A stretch of 64,000 bases of DNA from assembly GCA_964586635.1 (NCBI GenBank), contig CAZPGN010000003.1:8945-72944 (forward strand). The letters are read 5' to 3'. The stretch comes from an uncultured Candidatus Saccharibacteria bacterium (lineage in GTDB: Bacteria > Patescibacteriota > Minisyncoccia > Phycocordibacterales > CAZPGN01). The translations under genes were made by a program, and so were the position numbers. Under the pieces are notes generated by a model. The model was given only the letters and a program-made list of their open reading frames with translations. It had not been told where the DNA came from and did not search any database. The stretch's first letter is position 1. Each line of letters starts with the position of its first letter. Shown here piece by piece: positions 18,028 through 27,190 of the stretch.

Positions 18028-18892
18028 GGCGCGGCCGCAACGCTTATCCGGGGCATCTGCCTCGGATCTTCTTTTTAGAAGGGAATTTGATACACTTCCT
18101 AATGCAATGGAGATTCCAAATAAGAAATTGCGAAAGCAAATTGTCGAACTCATCCACAAGGGTGGTTCCCCTCACATTGGAAGCGCGCTCTCTATGGTCG
18201 AGATGATTTCTGCTGTCTTCTCGAGCATGGATATTGAAAAGATAAAGCACCGCGCGCCAGACAGAGACCGCTTTATTCAAAGCAAGGGGCATGGTGTCGC
18301 CGCGCTCTATGCCGTAATGGCTCGGCATGGACTCATTTCACCCGAAGCGCTTGCTACATTCCACTCAAACGGATCTCTCCTTGCGGGACACGCGAGCCAC
18401 TTCGTGCCATTCATAGAGCACTCAACCGGTGCGCTCGGTCATGGCCTTTCTGTCGCACTCGGAGCCGCCTTGGGCTTGCGGTCTATCGAATGCCAAGGAC
18501 GAGTATTCGTTCTATTGGGAGACGGAGAACTTCACGAAGGGTCAAACTGGGAAGCAATCATGCTCGCGGGACATTTGGGAATGGAAAATCTCACGGCTCT
18601 TGTCGACAACAATGGACTTGACCAGATGGGCAAACTGAATGCTTGTTGCGGCATTGAACCGCTTGTCGAAAAATTCAAGAGTTTCGGTTGGAACGCCGTG
18701 CGCCTCAACGGCCATGACGAAACGGCTATTTCAAAAACCATATCCGACAACAAGCGGCGCGGTAAACCACTCGCTATCATTTGCAACACTGTGAAGGGCA
18801 AGGGGGTTTCTTTTATGGAAGGAGAGGCGGTGTGGCATTACCGAACTCCGCGCGACGCAGATTACGAAACAGCCCTAACCGAGCTATCATGA
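18020..18892 (+). CDS. Transketolase, N-terminal (ThDP-binding) subunit
   Basis: GGSPHIGSALSMVEM, GHASHFVPFIEHSTGALGHGLS, LLGDGELHEGSNWEA signature motifs. The true start is likely MEIPNKK (~18098). Confidence 0.8.
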   Translation: MHKARPQRLSGASASDLLFRREFDTLPNAMEIPNKKLRKQIVELIHKGGSPHIGSALSMVEMISAVFSSMDIEKIKHRAPDRDRFIQSKGHGVAALYAVMARHGLISPEALATFHSNGSLLAGHASHFVPFIEHSTGALGHGLSVALGAALGLRSIECQGRVFVLLGDGELHEGSNWEAIMLAGHLGMENLTALVDNNGLDQMGKLNACCGIEPLVEKFKSFGWNAVRLNGHDETAISKTISDNKRRGKPLAIICNTVKGKGVSFMEGEAVWHYRTPRDADYETALTELS

Positions 18893-19779
18893 GAACCATA
18901 CTATTTGAAAAAATCCATAAGGCTATGCGCGAGCGCAAAAACATCTTCTTCCTGACGGCCGGTGTTGGATTCAATCTTGTCGAACCGATGTTCGCTGAAT
19001 TTCCAACACGCACGCAGAATGTCGGCATAGCGGAACAGAATCTTGTCGGTATCGCCGCCGGATTGTCGAATGTCGGCTTTAAAGTCATATGCTATTCATA
19101 TACTAATTTTCTCGCCGAACGGGCGCTTGAGCAGATACGCAATGATATCTGTCTGCATCGATACGCGCCGATTCTCCTCGGCACCACTACGGGCTTTGAC
19201 AATGCGGGTCTCGGGGCAACCCACCATGCGCTCGATGATATTGGGGTTCTAAAGAGCCTGCCCCACATTTCGATATTTTCTCCCTCGAGCAACGAATCTA
19301 TGGCGGCTGTTATTGAAACTGCGCTCGATTCCAGCGAGGCGTCATTCATTCGATTTACAAAAAGCGAGTTCGCGGAAGGCAAACCCGTAACTCACATTAA
19401 CAGATTCCTGATACGCAACACATCTCCCATTCTCATCATTTCTCACGGAAAAATGGCGCACGCAAGCCGCGATGCCGCGAAAATCGCCGATGTTTGTGTT
19501 TTCGCGATGGACAAGCTGAAACCCCTAGACGAGCAGACGACAAAGAACTTGCTTTCGAAGTATTCACACATTGTTGTTGTTGAAGACAACTTCAAGTCAG
19601 GGCTTTTCAACTCGCTTTGTGAATTCGCGGCCCTGCATGGCCTGACTCCACGCCTGCACTCGCTCTCTCCTAGGGAGGAATATATCGGCGAGATCGGTGA
19701 TGCGGGATATTTCGAAGATCGCCACGGGCTAACGCCTGAAAAAATCAGCGCGTTTTGTAATACTCTATCATCCTGCTGA
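18889..19779 (+). CDS. Transketolase, C-terminal (pyrimidine-binding) subunit
   Basis: MRTILFEK start overlaps the upstream stop (ATGA). FLTAGVGFNL...NVGIAEQNLVGIAAGL motif. Confidence 0.8.
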   Translation: MRTILFEKIHKAMRERKNIFFLTAGVGFNLVEPMFAEFPTRTQNVGIAEQNLVGIAAGLSNVGFKVICYSYTNFLAERALEQIRNDICLHRYAPILLGTTTGFDNAGLGATHHALDDIGVLKSLPHISIFSPSSNESMAAVIETALDSSEASFIRFTKSEFAEGKPVTHINRFLIRNTSPILIISHGKMAHASRDAAKIADVCVFAMDKLKPLDEQTTKNLLSKYSHIVVVEDNFKSGLFNSLCEFAALHGLTPRLHSLSPREEYIGEIGDAGYFEDRHGLTPEKISAFCNTLSSC

Positions 19780-20560
19780 TACCCTGTGGTACTGAAGTGC
19801 TCGGTTCCCATCCAATGGCATTCTTTATGAGAGCAGTGCGCGCAACCGGATCACCTGATTCCGGGCTTGTGTCATACATCGGCTCTCTGCCGAACGCCGC
19901 AAGCGCAGTGTTTACCATCTCTCCCACACTCTTCAGAGAGCCTGTTCCCACATCATAAACTCCGTGAACAACCTCGCTTTCAGCGAGGCCGACAAGCGCG
20001 CCGGCAACATCGTCCACAAATACGAAATCGTGCGCCATGGTCGGTCTATGCACTTCTGGGTCCTGTCCATTGAGCAGTTTTTTTATCACACTTGGTAGAA
20101 GCGACTCCTCGCGTTGCCCGGGGCCATATACAAAAAATGGCAGAGCACGAATGAACTTCGTGTCTGTTTCCGCGCTATAGCGTTCTGCGCACCTCGCGAG
20201 AAATAATTTGCCCTCGCGCAAAAAGCCGTGCTTCTCGCGCGCAGGATCTTCATATTCAACACACGAACTCACCGTAATTACTTTTGGACATCGAATTTTC
20301 GCAAGAAAGTTGAACAAATTTAGCGTGTTGGCAACATTTGTTGCAGTAGTCTTGATATCAAACGCCGGTATTCCTTCCCACACCAAATTGAGCGCGACAT
20401 CTGGCGAAAAATCGCCTACCGCATCTCCCCAATCGGAAATTTCGGATAAACCGCCGTGAACCGCGCGAGAGAGAATAAACACCGAATGACCTCTCCGCTT
20501 CAGCTCGTTCACGGTTGGTTTCCCTATAAATCCAGTTCCACCTGCAATAAATATCTTCAT
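19745..20560 (-). CDS. NAD(P)-dependent epimerase/reductase (extended SDR, short form); possible NDP-sugar 4-reductase
   Basis: MKIFIAGGTGFIGKPTV Rossmann start; 271 aa. Confidence 0.6.
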   Translation of the reverse strand: MKIFIAGGTGFIGKPTVNELKRRGHSVFILSRAVHGGLSEISDWGDAVGDFSPDVALNLVWEGIPAFDIKTTATNVANTLNLFNFLAKIRCPKVITVSSCVEYEDPAREKHGFLREGKLFLARCAERYSAETDTKFIRALPFFVYGPGQREESLLPSVIKKLLNGQDPEVHRPTMAHDFVFVDDVAGALVGLAESEVVHGVYDVGTGSLKSVGEMVNTALAAFGREPMYDTSPESGDPVARTALIKNAIGWEPSTSVPQGISRMIEYYKTR

Positions 20561-21792
20561 AAAAGTTCCTTAAGCGCGGCTTGAATGCCCTTCTCGGCAT
20601 CTACCAAGATGGTGCGACATCCCGCCGCAACACCAGCCGCTTTGTCTCGTTCATCATCCCCAACAAATATGGCGCGGGTCAAGTTAATGTGGTGTTCGCG
20701 CGCGGCGCGGAAGAACATGCCTGGGCGAGGTTTTCTGCATTCGCATCCATCATCCCACCCGTGCGGACAATAATATACTCCCCCGAACGCCACACCATCC
20801 TTCTCCAATGTCATTGCCATGGCATGATGGATGGTGTCAAGCTCGCCCTCGCTCATTGCTCCGCGCGCGATGCCTGCTTGATTGGATATGATATACATCT
20901 CGTATCCACAATCGCGTAAAGATTTGAGCGAGCTAACCGCTTCCGGCAGAAATTCGAATTGCTCCCAACTGGTAATGTACTCGGCTCGTTTAGGCTTTCG
21001 ATTTATCACGCCGTCACGATCTAGAAAGAGCACTTTCCGCGGCGACAAGTATTTCTCGGCGATTGGGAGCCGCTCCAAACTGCCTACGCTGTAGTATGCA
21101 TGATGCGTTACGAATCCGGCGAGGTCATTTTTTTCAATAAGACGCGGGATTGCCTCTCGTTCAAATGAAACATTTCCTTCGGGGAGGAGATCGATGACTT
21201 CCTTGTTCAAAATAAAGAAGCCGATATCGAGTGCATTCAGTCCGACTGCTTCCCGTTTCTTGTCGTACTGCCGCACGCGCCCAAAATCGTCGACTTGCGT
21301 ATTGTTTTTAGTGACTCCATATTTGTTCGAATACAGCGTAATAGCCGCCGAAACGCCCTGCTCCGCATGAAATTCGGCGAGTCGTTCAAGTTGAACGGGA
21401 CAATAATTATCGCAATACATGAGCAAGAAACGGTCGTCGAGAATATCGCGCGCCGCAACGATGCGTGCGCCGGTATCGAACTCGGGCGGCATTACCGAAT
21501 AGACTATTCGGATGCCAAAACGCGAACCATCGCCAAAAAAGTCTTTGACCAACTCGCCAAGATACCCAAGCAGAAGGACAATCTCACCAACACCCTGCTC
21601 CTTGAGGTACTCCACGAGATGCAGAAGAAATGGTTTCTCGCAGACGAGGACCATGGGCTTCGGTATCGTATCGGTTATAGGACGAAGACGACTCCCCCTG
21701 CCGCCAGCAAGAATAACCGCCTGCCGAATATTATGTTCAGAAGACATACATTCAAGTGGATGCGTCTTGTTCAACCCATCGCAAACCATCAT
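20557..21792 (-). CDS. Bifunctional D-glycero-alpha-D-manno-heptose-1-phosphate guanylyltransferase / D,D-heptose-1,7-bisphosphate phosphatase (HddC–GmhB fusion)
   Basis: N-terminal AVILAGGRGSRLRPITDTIPKPMV nucleotidyltransferase motif. C-terminal HAD domain VLFLDRDGVIN ... YCPHGWDDGCECRKPRPGM matches GmhB. The start is probably MSSEHNIRQ. Confidence 0.75.
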   Translation of the reverse strand: MMVCDGLNKTHPLECMSSEHNIRQAVILAGGRGSRLRPITDTIPKPMVLVCEKPFLLHLVEYLKEQGVGEIVLLLGYLGELVKDFFGDGSRFGIRIVYSVMPPEFDTGARIVAARDILDDRFLLMYCDNYCPVQLERLAEFHAEQGVSAAITLYSNKYGVTKNNTQVDDFGRVRQYDKKREAVGLNALDIGFFILNKEVIDLLPEGNVSFEREAIPRLIEKNDLAGFVTHHAYYSVGSLERLPIAEKYLSPRKVLFLDRDGVINRKPKRAEYITSWEQFEFLPEAVSSLKSLRDCGYEMYIISNQAGIARGAMSEGELDTIHHAMAMTLEKDGVAFGGVYYCPHGWDDGCECRKPRPGMFFRAAREHHINLTRAIFVGDDERDKAAGVAAGCRTILVDAEKGIQAALKELL

Positions 21793-22807
21793 CGAGCCTG
21801 CCCTCTACCAGCAAGCGCTGGATCTGCTTGAGGCGATTGCATGCAGGCCCTCTAAATTGGTCCTCACTGATATGGACTTTCTTAAAGAAATCAACAAGTT
21901 CCGACCCTCCTGAATCAAGGTCTTCGGTCGGCTTATAGTAATCCTTAAGTTTCGTCAATATTTTCTGAAATGATACGCGGTATGTGCGAGAATCCTTTCC
22001 ATGCTCACCGGTAAAAACGAGTGTGCTTCCGGGAACAGCGCGCTGTGTCGCTTCGGCAAGATCGCGGACGGTAAAATTACCGTTTGATATTCCGACATTA
22101 AACGATTCGCCAGCAACTAATTCACGCGGCGCCTCAAGCCCCGCGATAAAAGCTCGCGACACATCTCTCACATGTACGACCGGTCGCCACGGAGTGCCAT
22201 CGCTTTTCACCTCGACCTTCCCTCCCAAATACGCACTGCCAACCAAGCTGTTGTATACAATGTCGCAACGAAGGCGCGGACTCGCGCCGAATACGGTGGA
22301 AGGGCGGAAACATGCAACTATGAAATCATCTCTGTTCATTTTTTTGAGTTCGACTTCCGCATCCCACTTTGTTCGCGCATATGCAGTAACGCCGTAAGGC
22401 CCCGCCTCATCTTCGGTAAGCTCATGACTCGTATCAGCAACGCCATACATGCTTTGAGATGAAGCATATATGAATCGCTTCACCCCAGCGGCTCGCGCCG
22501 CTCGCGCAACCGTCATCGTGCCAGTGAAGTTGATATCCTCCGTTATATTCGGAGTCAACTCGCCAAGCGGGTCATTCGAAAGAGCCGCAAGATGAATGAC
22601 CGCATCAATACCAGCAAAATCACGCGCTACCGCATCTCGCGTATCTTTCATGATCTGTGCACGCGGGTCTCTAGCCTCGGCAAGCTCCATGCCTCGGTAG
22701 TATCCCATGTCGTATCCGACCGGCTCATATCCTCTGGCGCGCAATTCATCAACAAGAACCGTGCCGATATATCCTAGATTCCCCGTAATGAGTACCTTCT
22801 GCTTCAT
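21752..22807 (-). CDS. NAD-dependent nucleotide-sugar epimerase/dehydratase (candidate GDP-heptose 4,6-dehydratase/epimerase)
   Basis: VLITGNLGYIGTVL Rossmann motif. Paralog of 11703–12785. Confidence 0.65.
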   Translation of the reverse strand: MKQKVLITGNLGYIGTVLVDELRARGYEPVGYDMGYYRGMELAEARDPRAQIMKDTRDAVARDFAGIDAVIHLAALSNDPLGELTPNITEDINFTGTMTVARAARAAGVKRFIYASSQSMYGVADTSHELTEDEAGPYGVTAYARTKWDAEVELKKMNRDDFIVACFRPSTVFGASPRLRCDIVYNSLVGSAYLGGKVEVKSDGTPWRPVVHVRDVSRAFIAGLEAPRELVAGESFNVGISNGNFTVRDLAEATQRAVPGSTLVFTGEHGKDSRTYRVSFQKILTKLKDYYKPTEDLDSGGSELVDFFKKVHISEDQFRGPACNRLKQIQRLLVEGRLDDGLRWVEQDAST

Positions 22808-22809
22808 GG

Positions 22810-23796
22810 TTAGTGGCTGAAATATAAAATACGGCTGCCATTCGGTTCGAAATCGAATTTCATTTCACGCAAATCGCGGATCGCGCGCCGCAATTTCTGC
22901 TGTTTATTCTCCTCACAGTAAAAAAGTAAAAATCCACCGCCTCCCGACCCAAGAATCTTTCCTCCCGTAGCGCCGGCGCGAATCCCTTTTTCATAATAGG
23001 AATCAATAAAATCGTTGCTCACGCCGCTTGAGAGCTGTTTTTTGTATACCCAGTTTTCATGGAGTATCTCGCCTACGCGACCTATCCTGCCTTCATGTAA
23101 TGCCGACTCGAGCTCTTGCGCGAGCGCGACCATTTTGTCAAGCACGGCCATATTTGCTTTGGTCTTTTTCTTTTGCTCTTTCAGAACCATTTCCGAACGC
23201 GACGGCAGTCCGGTGTAAAAAAGCAGAAGTTTACCGCAGAACTCATTCAGCTTCTCCTGCGTCAATACAAGAGGGTCGATGCGCACACTATCGTCTTGGT
23301 GGAAAAGTATCCTATTGAAACCGCCGTGGGAAACTGCGTACTGGTCTTGTTTTCCAATCGGGCACTTTAGCACCCCTATCTCGAGTCTGCAGGCCTCCTG
23401 TGCTAACCGTTCTGGAGATATATGTTCGCCGCGATACGCATGGAGCGCCTGAAGAATGCCAACGGCAATCGCGCTTGACGCGCCGAGTCCCGTTCCCACC
23501 GATGCGGGCGGCAAATCACTCATATACACAATATCGATACCGCCATTTACTTTGATGTCAAGAAATCGCAATGCCTCTCGAATTATATTATGCTTGATGG
23601 CATCAATGCGGTCGACCAATTCGGTTCTTGAATAACTCACACGGATAATCCCATCAAATCTTGGGTTTACGGTGAGATAGATGTACTTATCGATTGCCGT
23701 GCTGACCACCATGCCAGGGCGCACTTTGTAATATTCTGCAAGGTCGGAACCCCCGCCCGCAAAGCTCATTCGCAAGGGGGTTTTAGTAATAATCAT
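22810..23796 (-). CDS. hddA: D-glycero-alpha-D-manno-heptose 7-phosphate kinase (HddA, GHMP kinase)
   Basis: MIITKTPLRMSFAGGGSDL start; GHMP motif PPASVGTGLGASSA. Confidence 0.75.
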   Translation of the reverse strand: MIITKTPLRMSFAGGGSDLAEYYKVRPGMVVSTAIDKYIYLTVNPRFDGIIRVSYSRTELVDRIDAIKHNIIREALRFLDIKVNGGIDIVYMSDLPPASVGTGLGASSAIAVGILQALHAYRGEHISPERLAQEACRLEIGVLKCPIGKQDQYAVSHGGFNRILFHQDDSVRIDPLVLTQEKLNEFCGKLLLFYTGLPSRSEMVLKEQKKKTKANMAVLDKMVALAQELESALHEGRIGRVGEILHENWVYKKQLSSGVSNDFIDSYYEKGIRAGATGGKILGSGGGGFLLFYCEENKQQKLRRAIRDLREMKFDFEPNGSRILYFSH

Positions 23797-23802
23797 AGTG
23801 AG

Positions 23803-24291
23803 TTAAAAATTTCGCTTGCTCCAATCAAATGGTATTTCATTCGAGAGAGGGTCGATTCGGCGATATTTCGCATTAGGGTCGTGCGGCTCGGAGGCAATAT
23901 TGCACATAAGAGCCTGTGAGCGCGATAGCGTTTCCGATGCATTCGCAATGCCTGGCGGAATGTGGACCAGCACATAGTTGTCATCGCCATAACATATTTC
24001 CTGACATTTCTTGTATGTCGATGATTTCTTGCGCATATCATAGAGAACGAGGCGCATCATGCCCTGAAGACAAATATAATTCAGTTCGAGCGTATCGTGG
24101 ACATGCCAGCCGTTAATTATACCGCGATAGAGTTTCTTAAAATAAACTTCCCCGATCGGCCCTAGCGCAGTATCGCAACGAACGCCATGCATTATAGTTC
24201 CGCGCACATCCGGTATTCTTCTAAGTGGCAAAATAACGACCCCGTCGATGCCTCCTGAAATGGCAGAAGGCACACCTGTTTTCTTTTTCAT
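23803..24291 (-). CDS. RmlC-like cupin NDP-sugar 3,5-epimerase/ketoisomerase
   Basis: 162 aa, cupin fold. WHVHDTLELNYICLQG resembles the dTDP-4-dehydrorhamnose 3,5-epimerase family. Confidence 0.5.
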   Translation of the reverse strand: MKKKTGVPSAISGGIDGVVILPLRRIPDVRGTIMHGVRCDTALGPIGEVYFKKLYRGIINGWHVHDTLELNYICLQGMMRLVLYDMRKKSSTYKKCQEICYGDDNYVLVHIPPGIANASETLSRSQALMCNIASEPHDPNAKYRRIDPLSNEIPFDWSKRNF

Positions 24292-24303
24292 GTATACGCA
24301 ATT

Positions 24304-25569
24304 TTATATAATCCTGGGTCTTTGCGGAAGCGGCACGAGAAATTCTCCCTTGAATCCATACCTGGATCTCGCAATCTCTACTATTTCTTTGGCAAAATTC
24401 CATGCGAGCAGGAAAACCACATCCGGCTTTTCCAAAAACGCCCTTTGTGGGTCTGTAATTGGTATGTGGCTTCCTGCCGTATATAGACCGTGTTTTAATT
24501 GATTCGCGTCGGCTATGACTGCAATATCATTACCACTTATGCCGCAATAATTGAGCAAGGTCGAACTTCTTGCAGAAGCTCCGTATCCGATAGCGCATTT
24601 TCCTTCGCGCCGCAGTGAGAGAAGCATGTTTTTCAGATGATCGCGATGCGCTGTCGCCTTCTTCGCAAACGCTTTCCAACTCGCGAGCGTATTCACGCGA
24701 AGTTTAGATTCGCGCTCCGCAAGCCGCTTATACGCCTGACTTTTATTACGCTTTTCTTTGCTCGCATATACAATGAGCCCGCCGCTATTTATCGGACTCC
24801 GCGCAATATCAAATCCATACATGCCATATCGGTTCAGCAATTTTTCAAAACTCTTCAGCGTGTAGTAACACACATGTTCGTGATAGATCGTGTCATAGTG
24901 AAGCTCCCGAAGCATCTTTCCACCGTAGTGAAATTCGGCCGCGAGAATGCCGCTCGCGGCGAGCGCCCGTTCGATGCCACGCATGGCGCCGCCAAGATCC
25001 GCAAGATGGTAGAGAACATTGCGGGCGATAACGATATCCGCTGTTCCATGCTCGCGGACTATTTTTTTCGCTGCTTTCTCTCCAAAAAAGTCGACTACTG
25101 TTCGCACTCCGGATTTTTTTGCGATTGGAGCGATATTTCGAGCAGGATCTACGCCAAGCGCCTTTAAGCCTTTTTTAACGAAAGGAAGCAGAAAAGTACC
25201 GTCATTACTCGCAACTTCAAGCACGAAGGGGTCTTTTGTGCCGCTCCTTCTCAAGACATTCTTTGCAAATACTTCCGCGAACTCACGCGCCGCACCGGAT
25301 GTGCCCGTAACCCACGGGTAGTCCAAAAACATGAGGCGTGGGTCGATGGTTTCGTTCAACTGCACCAGTGAACAAGCCCTGCAGAACGAGAGTGAGAGAG
25401 GGTAGGCCTTCTCTCTTGCGTCTCTTTTCTTCAATAGTGAGTTCGCGAGTGGCTGTTTCCCGAGATCAAAAAATGCGACCAGGCATCCGGCACCGCACGA
25501 GCGGCAAGACGCAATAGTTTGCATCTCTTTCATGCGGCCTATTGTGACGATTGTCGAATAGAATTGCAA
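24304..25569 (-). CDS. NDP-sugar C-methyltransferase family (Zn-ribbon + class I methyltransferase + C-terminal C-methyltransferase domain)
   Basis: CRSCGAGC...CRACSLVQL zinc-binding N-terminus, SAM-methyltransferase core, about 420 aa. Confidence 0.6.
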   Translation of the reverse strand: MQFYSTIVTIGRMKEMQTIASCRSCGAGCLVAFFDLGKQPLANSLLKKRDAREKAYPLSLSFCRACSLVQLNETIDPRLMFLDYPWVTGTSGAAREFAEVFAKNVLRRSGTKDPFVLEVASNDGTFLLPFVKKGLKALGVDPARNIAPIAKKSGVRTVVDFFGEKAAKKIVREHGTADIVIARNVLYHLADLGGAMRGIERALAASGILAAEFHYGGKMLRELHYDTIYHEHVCYYTLKSFEKLLNRYGMYGFDIARSPINSGGLIVYASKEKRNKSQAYKRLAERESKLRVNTLASWKAFAKKATAHRDHLKNMLLSLRREGKCAIGYGASARSSTLLNYCGISGNDIAVIADANQLKHGLYTAGSHIPITDPQRAFLEKPDVVFLLAWNFAKEIVEIARSRYGFKGEFLVPLPQRPRII

Positions 25570-25635
25570 GTTGCTGTATTCCTGTAGGTACTTTTCACTC
25601 TGCTATTAATTTCCATAGTATAGAAGATATATAAA

Positions 25636-25657
25636 ATGAAGGCTCCTGACCCCTTCA
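25636..25657. repeat. REP-like palindromic hairpin element, copy 3 (orientation B), preceded by TATATAAAA
   Basis: ATGAAGGctcctgaccCCTTCA. The extended 36-nt match agatatataaaatgaaggctcctgaccccttcacc is identical to the reverse complement of 57141–57176. Confidence 0.7.
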
Positions 25658-25698
25658 CCGCCGTTGCGGCCCGATATGCGCCATAGTAGAGTAATGAA

Positions 25699-26265
25699 AT
25701 GACACCAAAGGAATATTTTGTACAGCTTTGCAAGACGCTTGATACTCTTGATTATTCGAATGTCGAGTCGCTCATTTCAGCAATTCGGGAAACGCAAGCG
25801 CGCGGCGGAACGGTCTATGTATTCGGCAATGGCGGTTCTGGAGCAAATGCGTCTCATTTCGCGCAGGATCTTTTGAAGTGTCCCATTAGGGATTTCGGCT
25901 CTCGATCAGGCAGGTACAAAACAATCTGTCTTAACGATAATACTCCCGTTCTCATGGCGTACGCCAATGATATGAACTATGAGGATATTTTTGTTCAACA
26001 GCTCATGAATTTTTGCGAAAAAAATGACCTCGTCATCGGGATCAGCGGTTCAGGCAACAGCATGAATGTTGTGAAAGCGATCGAGTACGCCAGAGGTATC
26101 GGCACACGAACATTTGTCATTGTTGGATTTGATGGAGGAAAACTCCTTACGACGGCTGAACGCGCCGTACATGCCAAAACATCGAATATGCAGATATACG
26201 AAGATATCGCGATGATGACCATGCATTCGATAGTTACCGCCCTAAAAGAAAGCGTGCCTCAATAA
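25699..26265 (+). CDS. gmhA: Sedoheptulose-7-phosphate isomerase (phosphoheptose isomerase, SIS domain)
   Basis: VFGNGGSGANASHFAQDL SIS motif; 188 aa. Confidence 0.8.
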   Translation: MTPKEYFVQLCKTLDTLDYSNVESLISAIRETQARGGTVYVFGNGGSGANASHFAQDLLKCPIRDFGSRSGRYKTICLNDNTPVLMAYANDMNYEDIFVQQLMNFCEKNDLVIGISGSGNSMNVVKAIEYARGIGTRTFVIVGFDGGKLLTTAERAVHAKTSNMQIYEDIAMMTMHSIVTALKESVPQ

Positions 26266-27190
26266 CGCCTCCCGCAAGCGCGGCTACGAGGCTTGCGATA
26301 AAGAAAGCAAAGGACAGACTGGTCGAGGCCGCGGGGGTAACGGCGATGAGTCCGAGCAGGAATACAAAGCTAATTTCTCGCTGTCCAAGTCCCATTATAC
26401 TTGTAGGCACAAGAAGAATTATCGAAACGAGCGCAAAAACCCAAAGAAGATTGATGAGGAGAATATCGATCGAGAGCGCGCGGGCAAGCATAAGGAGCGT
26501 CAGCGTATTCACGAGCTGGAAAAGGACTCCCCAAAGGCTCGAATGGGCAAGGAGGTCGAATCTGTCCATATACGGCACACTCCCCGCATGAACAAGGCGG
26601 ACAAATTTGTCTACAATCCCACTTTTAATACCAAGTGACCAACGCTCAAACAACGCCGAAAGCCAAGCATAAATGCGTGAATGAAATGTAAGGAAAGAGG
26701 CAAGCGTCCCAGCCGTCATTACGACAAAGAGCAATACTACTTGCTCATAGATCTCAATCGGGGTCGGCGTCACCATAATCGCAAAAAGACCAAGCATGAG
26801 CGTGGGTAGCAGGCCCGTCATGCGGTCAACTATAACGGAACTTACAAGTTGTGCCCCATCGCCGGGGATGTCGAGAGCGCGATAGGCTTTCGCCGCTTGA
26901 CCTGCTAACTGGCCACCCGGAAGAAACATCGTATAAAAAGCGCTCGCCAGGTTGAGCCGAAAAAGCGCGCCAATTGAAACCGGTGGCGCAACAGGCTTAA
27001 GTAACACATGCCATTTCAAGGTGCTTAGAAAGTGCGCTCCGAAAGAAAGCCCGACCGCGAGGGCAAAATATCCTGCATGCATGTGCGCGAGCGTCTCTGC
27101 GACATCGCCTATGTCAATGCGCGTAAAAATAAAACGAATAAGCAAGGCGCTCACGAGGACTTTTACCGCAACCGAGACAGCCTTTTTCAT
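26234..27190 (-). CDS. Flippase-like / UPF0104 (lysyl-PG synthase TM-like) integral membrane protein
   Basis: About 8 TM helices; fits the family often paired with GT2 enzymes. Confidence 0.45.
   Translation of the reverse strand: MKKAVSVAVKVLVSALLIRFIFTRIDIGDVAETLAHMHAGYFALAVGLSFGAHFLSTLKWHVLLKPVAPPVSIGALFRLNLASAFYTMFLPGGQLAGQAAKAYRALDIPGDGAQLVSSVIVDRMTGLLPTLMLGLFAIMVTPTPIEIYEQVVLLFVVMTAGTLASFLTFHSRIYAWLSALFERWSLGIKSGIVDKFVRLVHAGSVPYMDRFDLLAHSSLWGVLFQLVNTLTLLMLARALSIDILLINLLWVFALVSIILLVPTSIMGLGQREISFVFLLGLIAVTPAASTSLSFAFFIASLVAALAGGVIEARFLLGR

Noticed and set aside
25636-25689. Mini-ORFs beginning MKAPDPF at every copy of the palindromic element
   Set aside because: The ATG is part of the palindrome (ATGAAGG/CCTTCAT). 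Downstream sequence differs at each copy, so the conserved peptide is a by-product of the DNA repeat.
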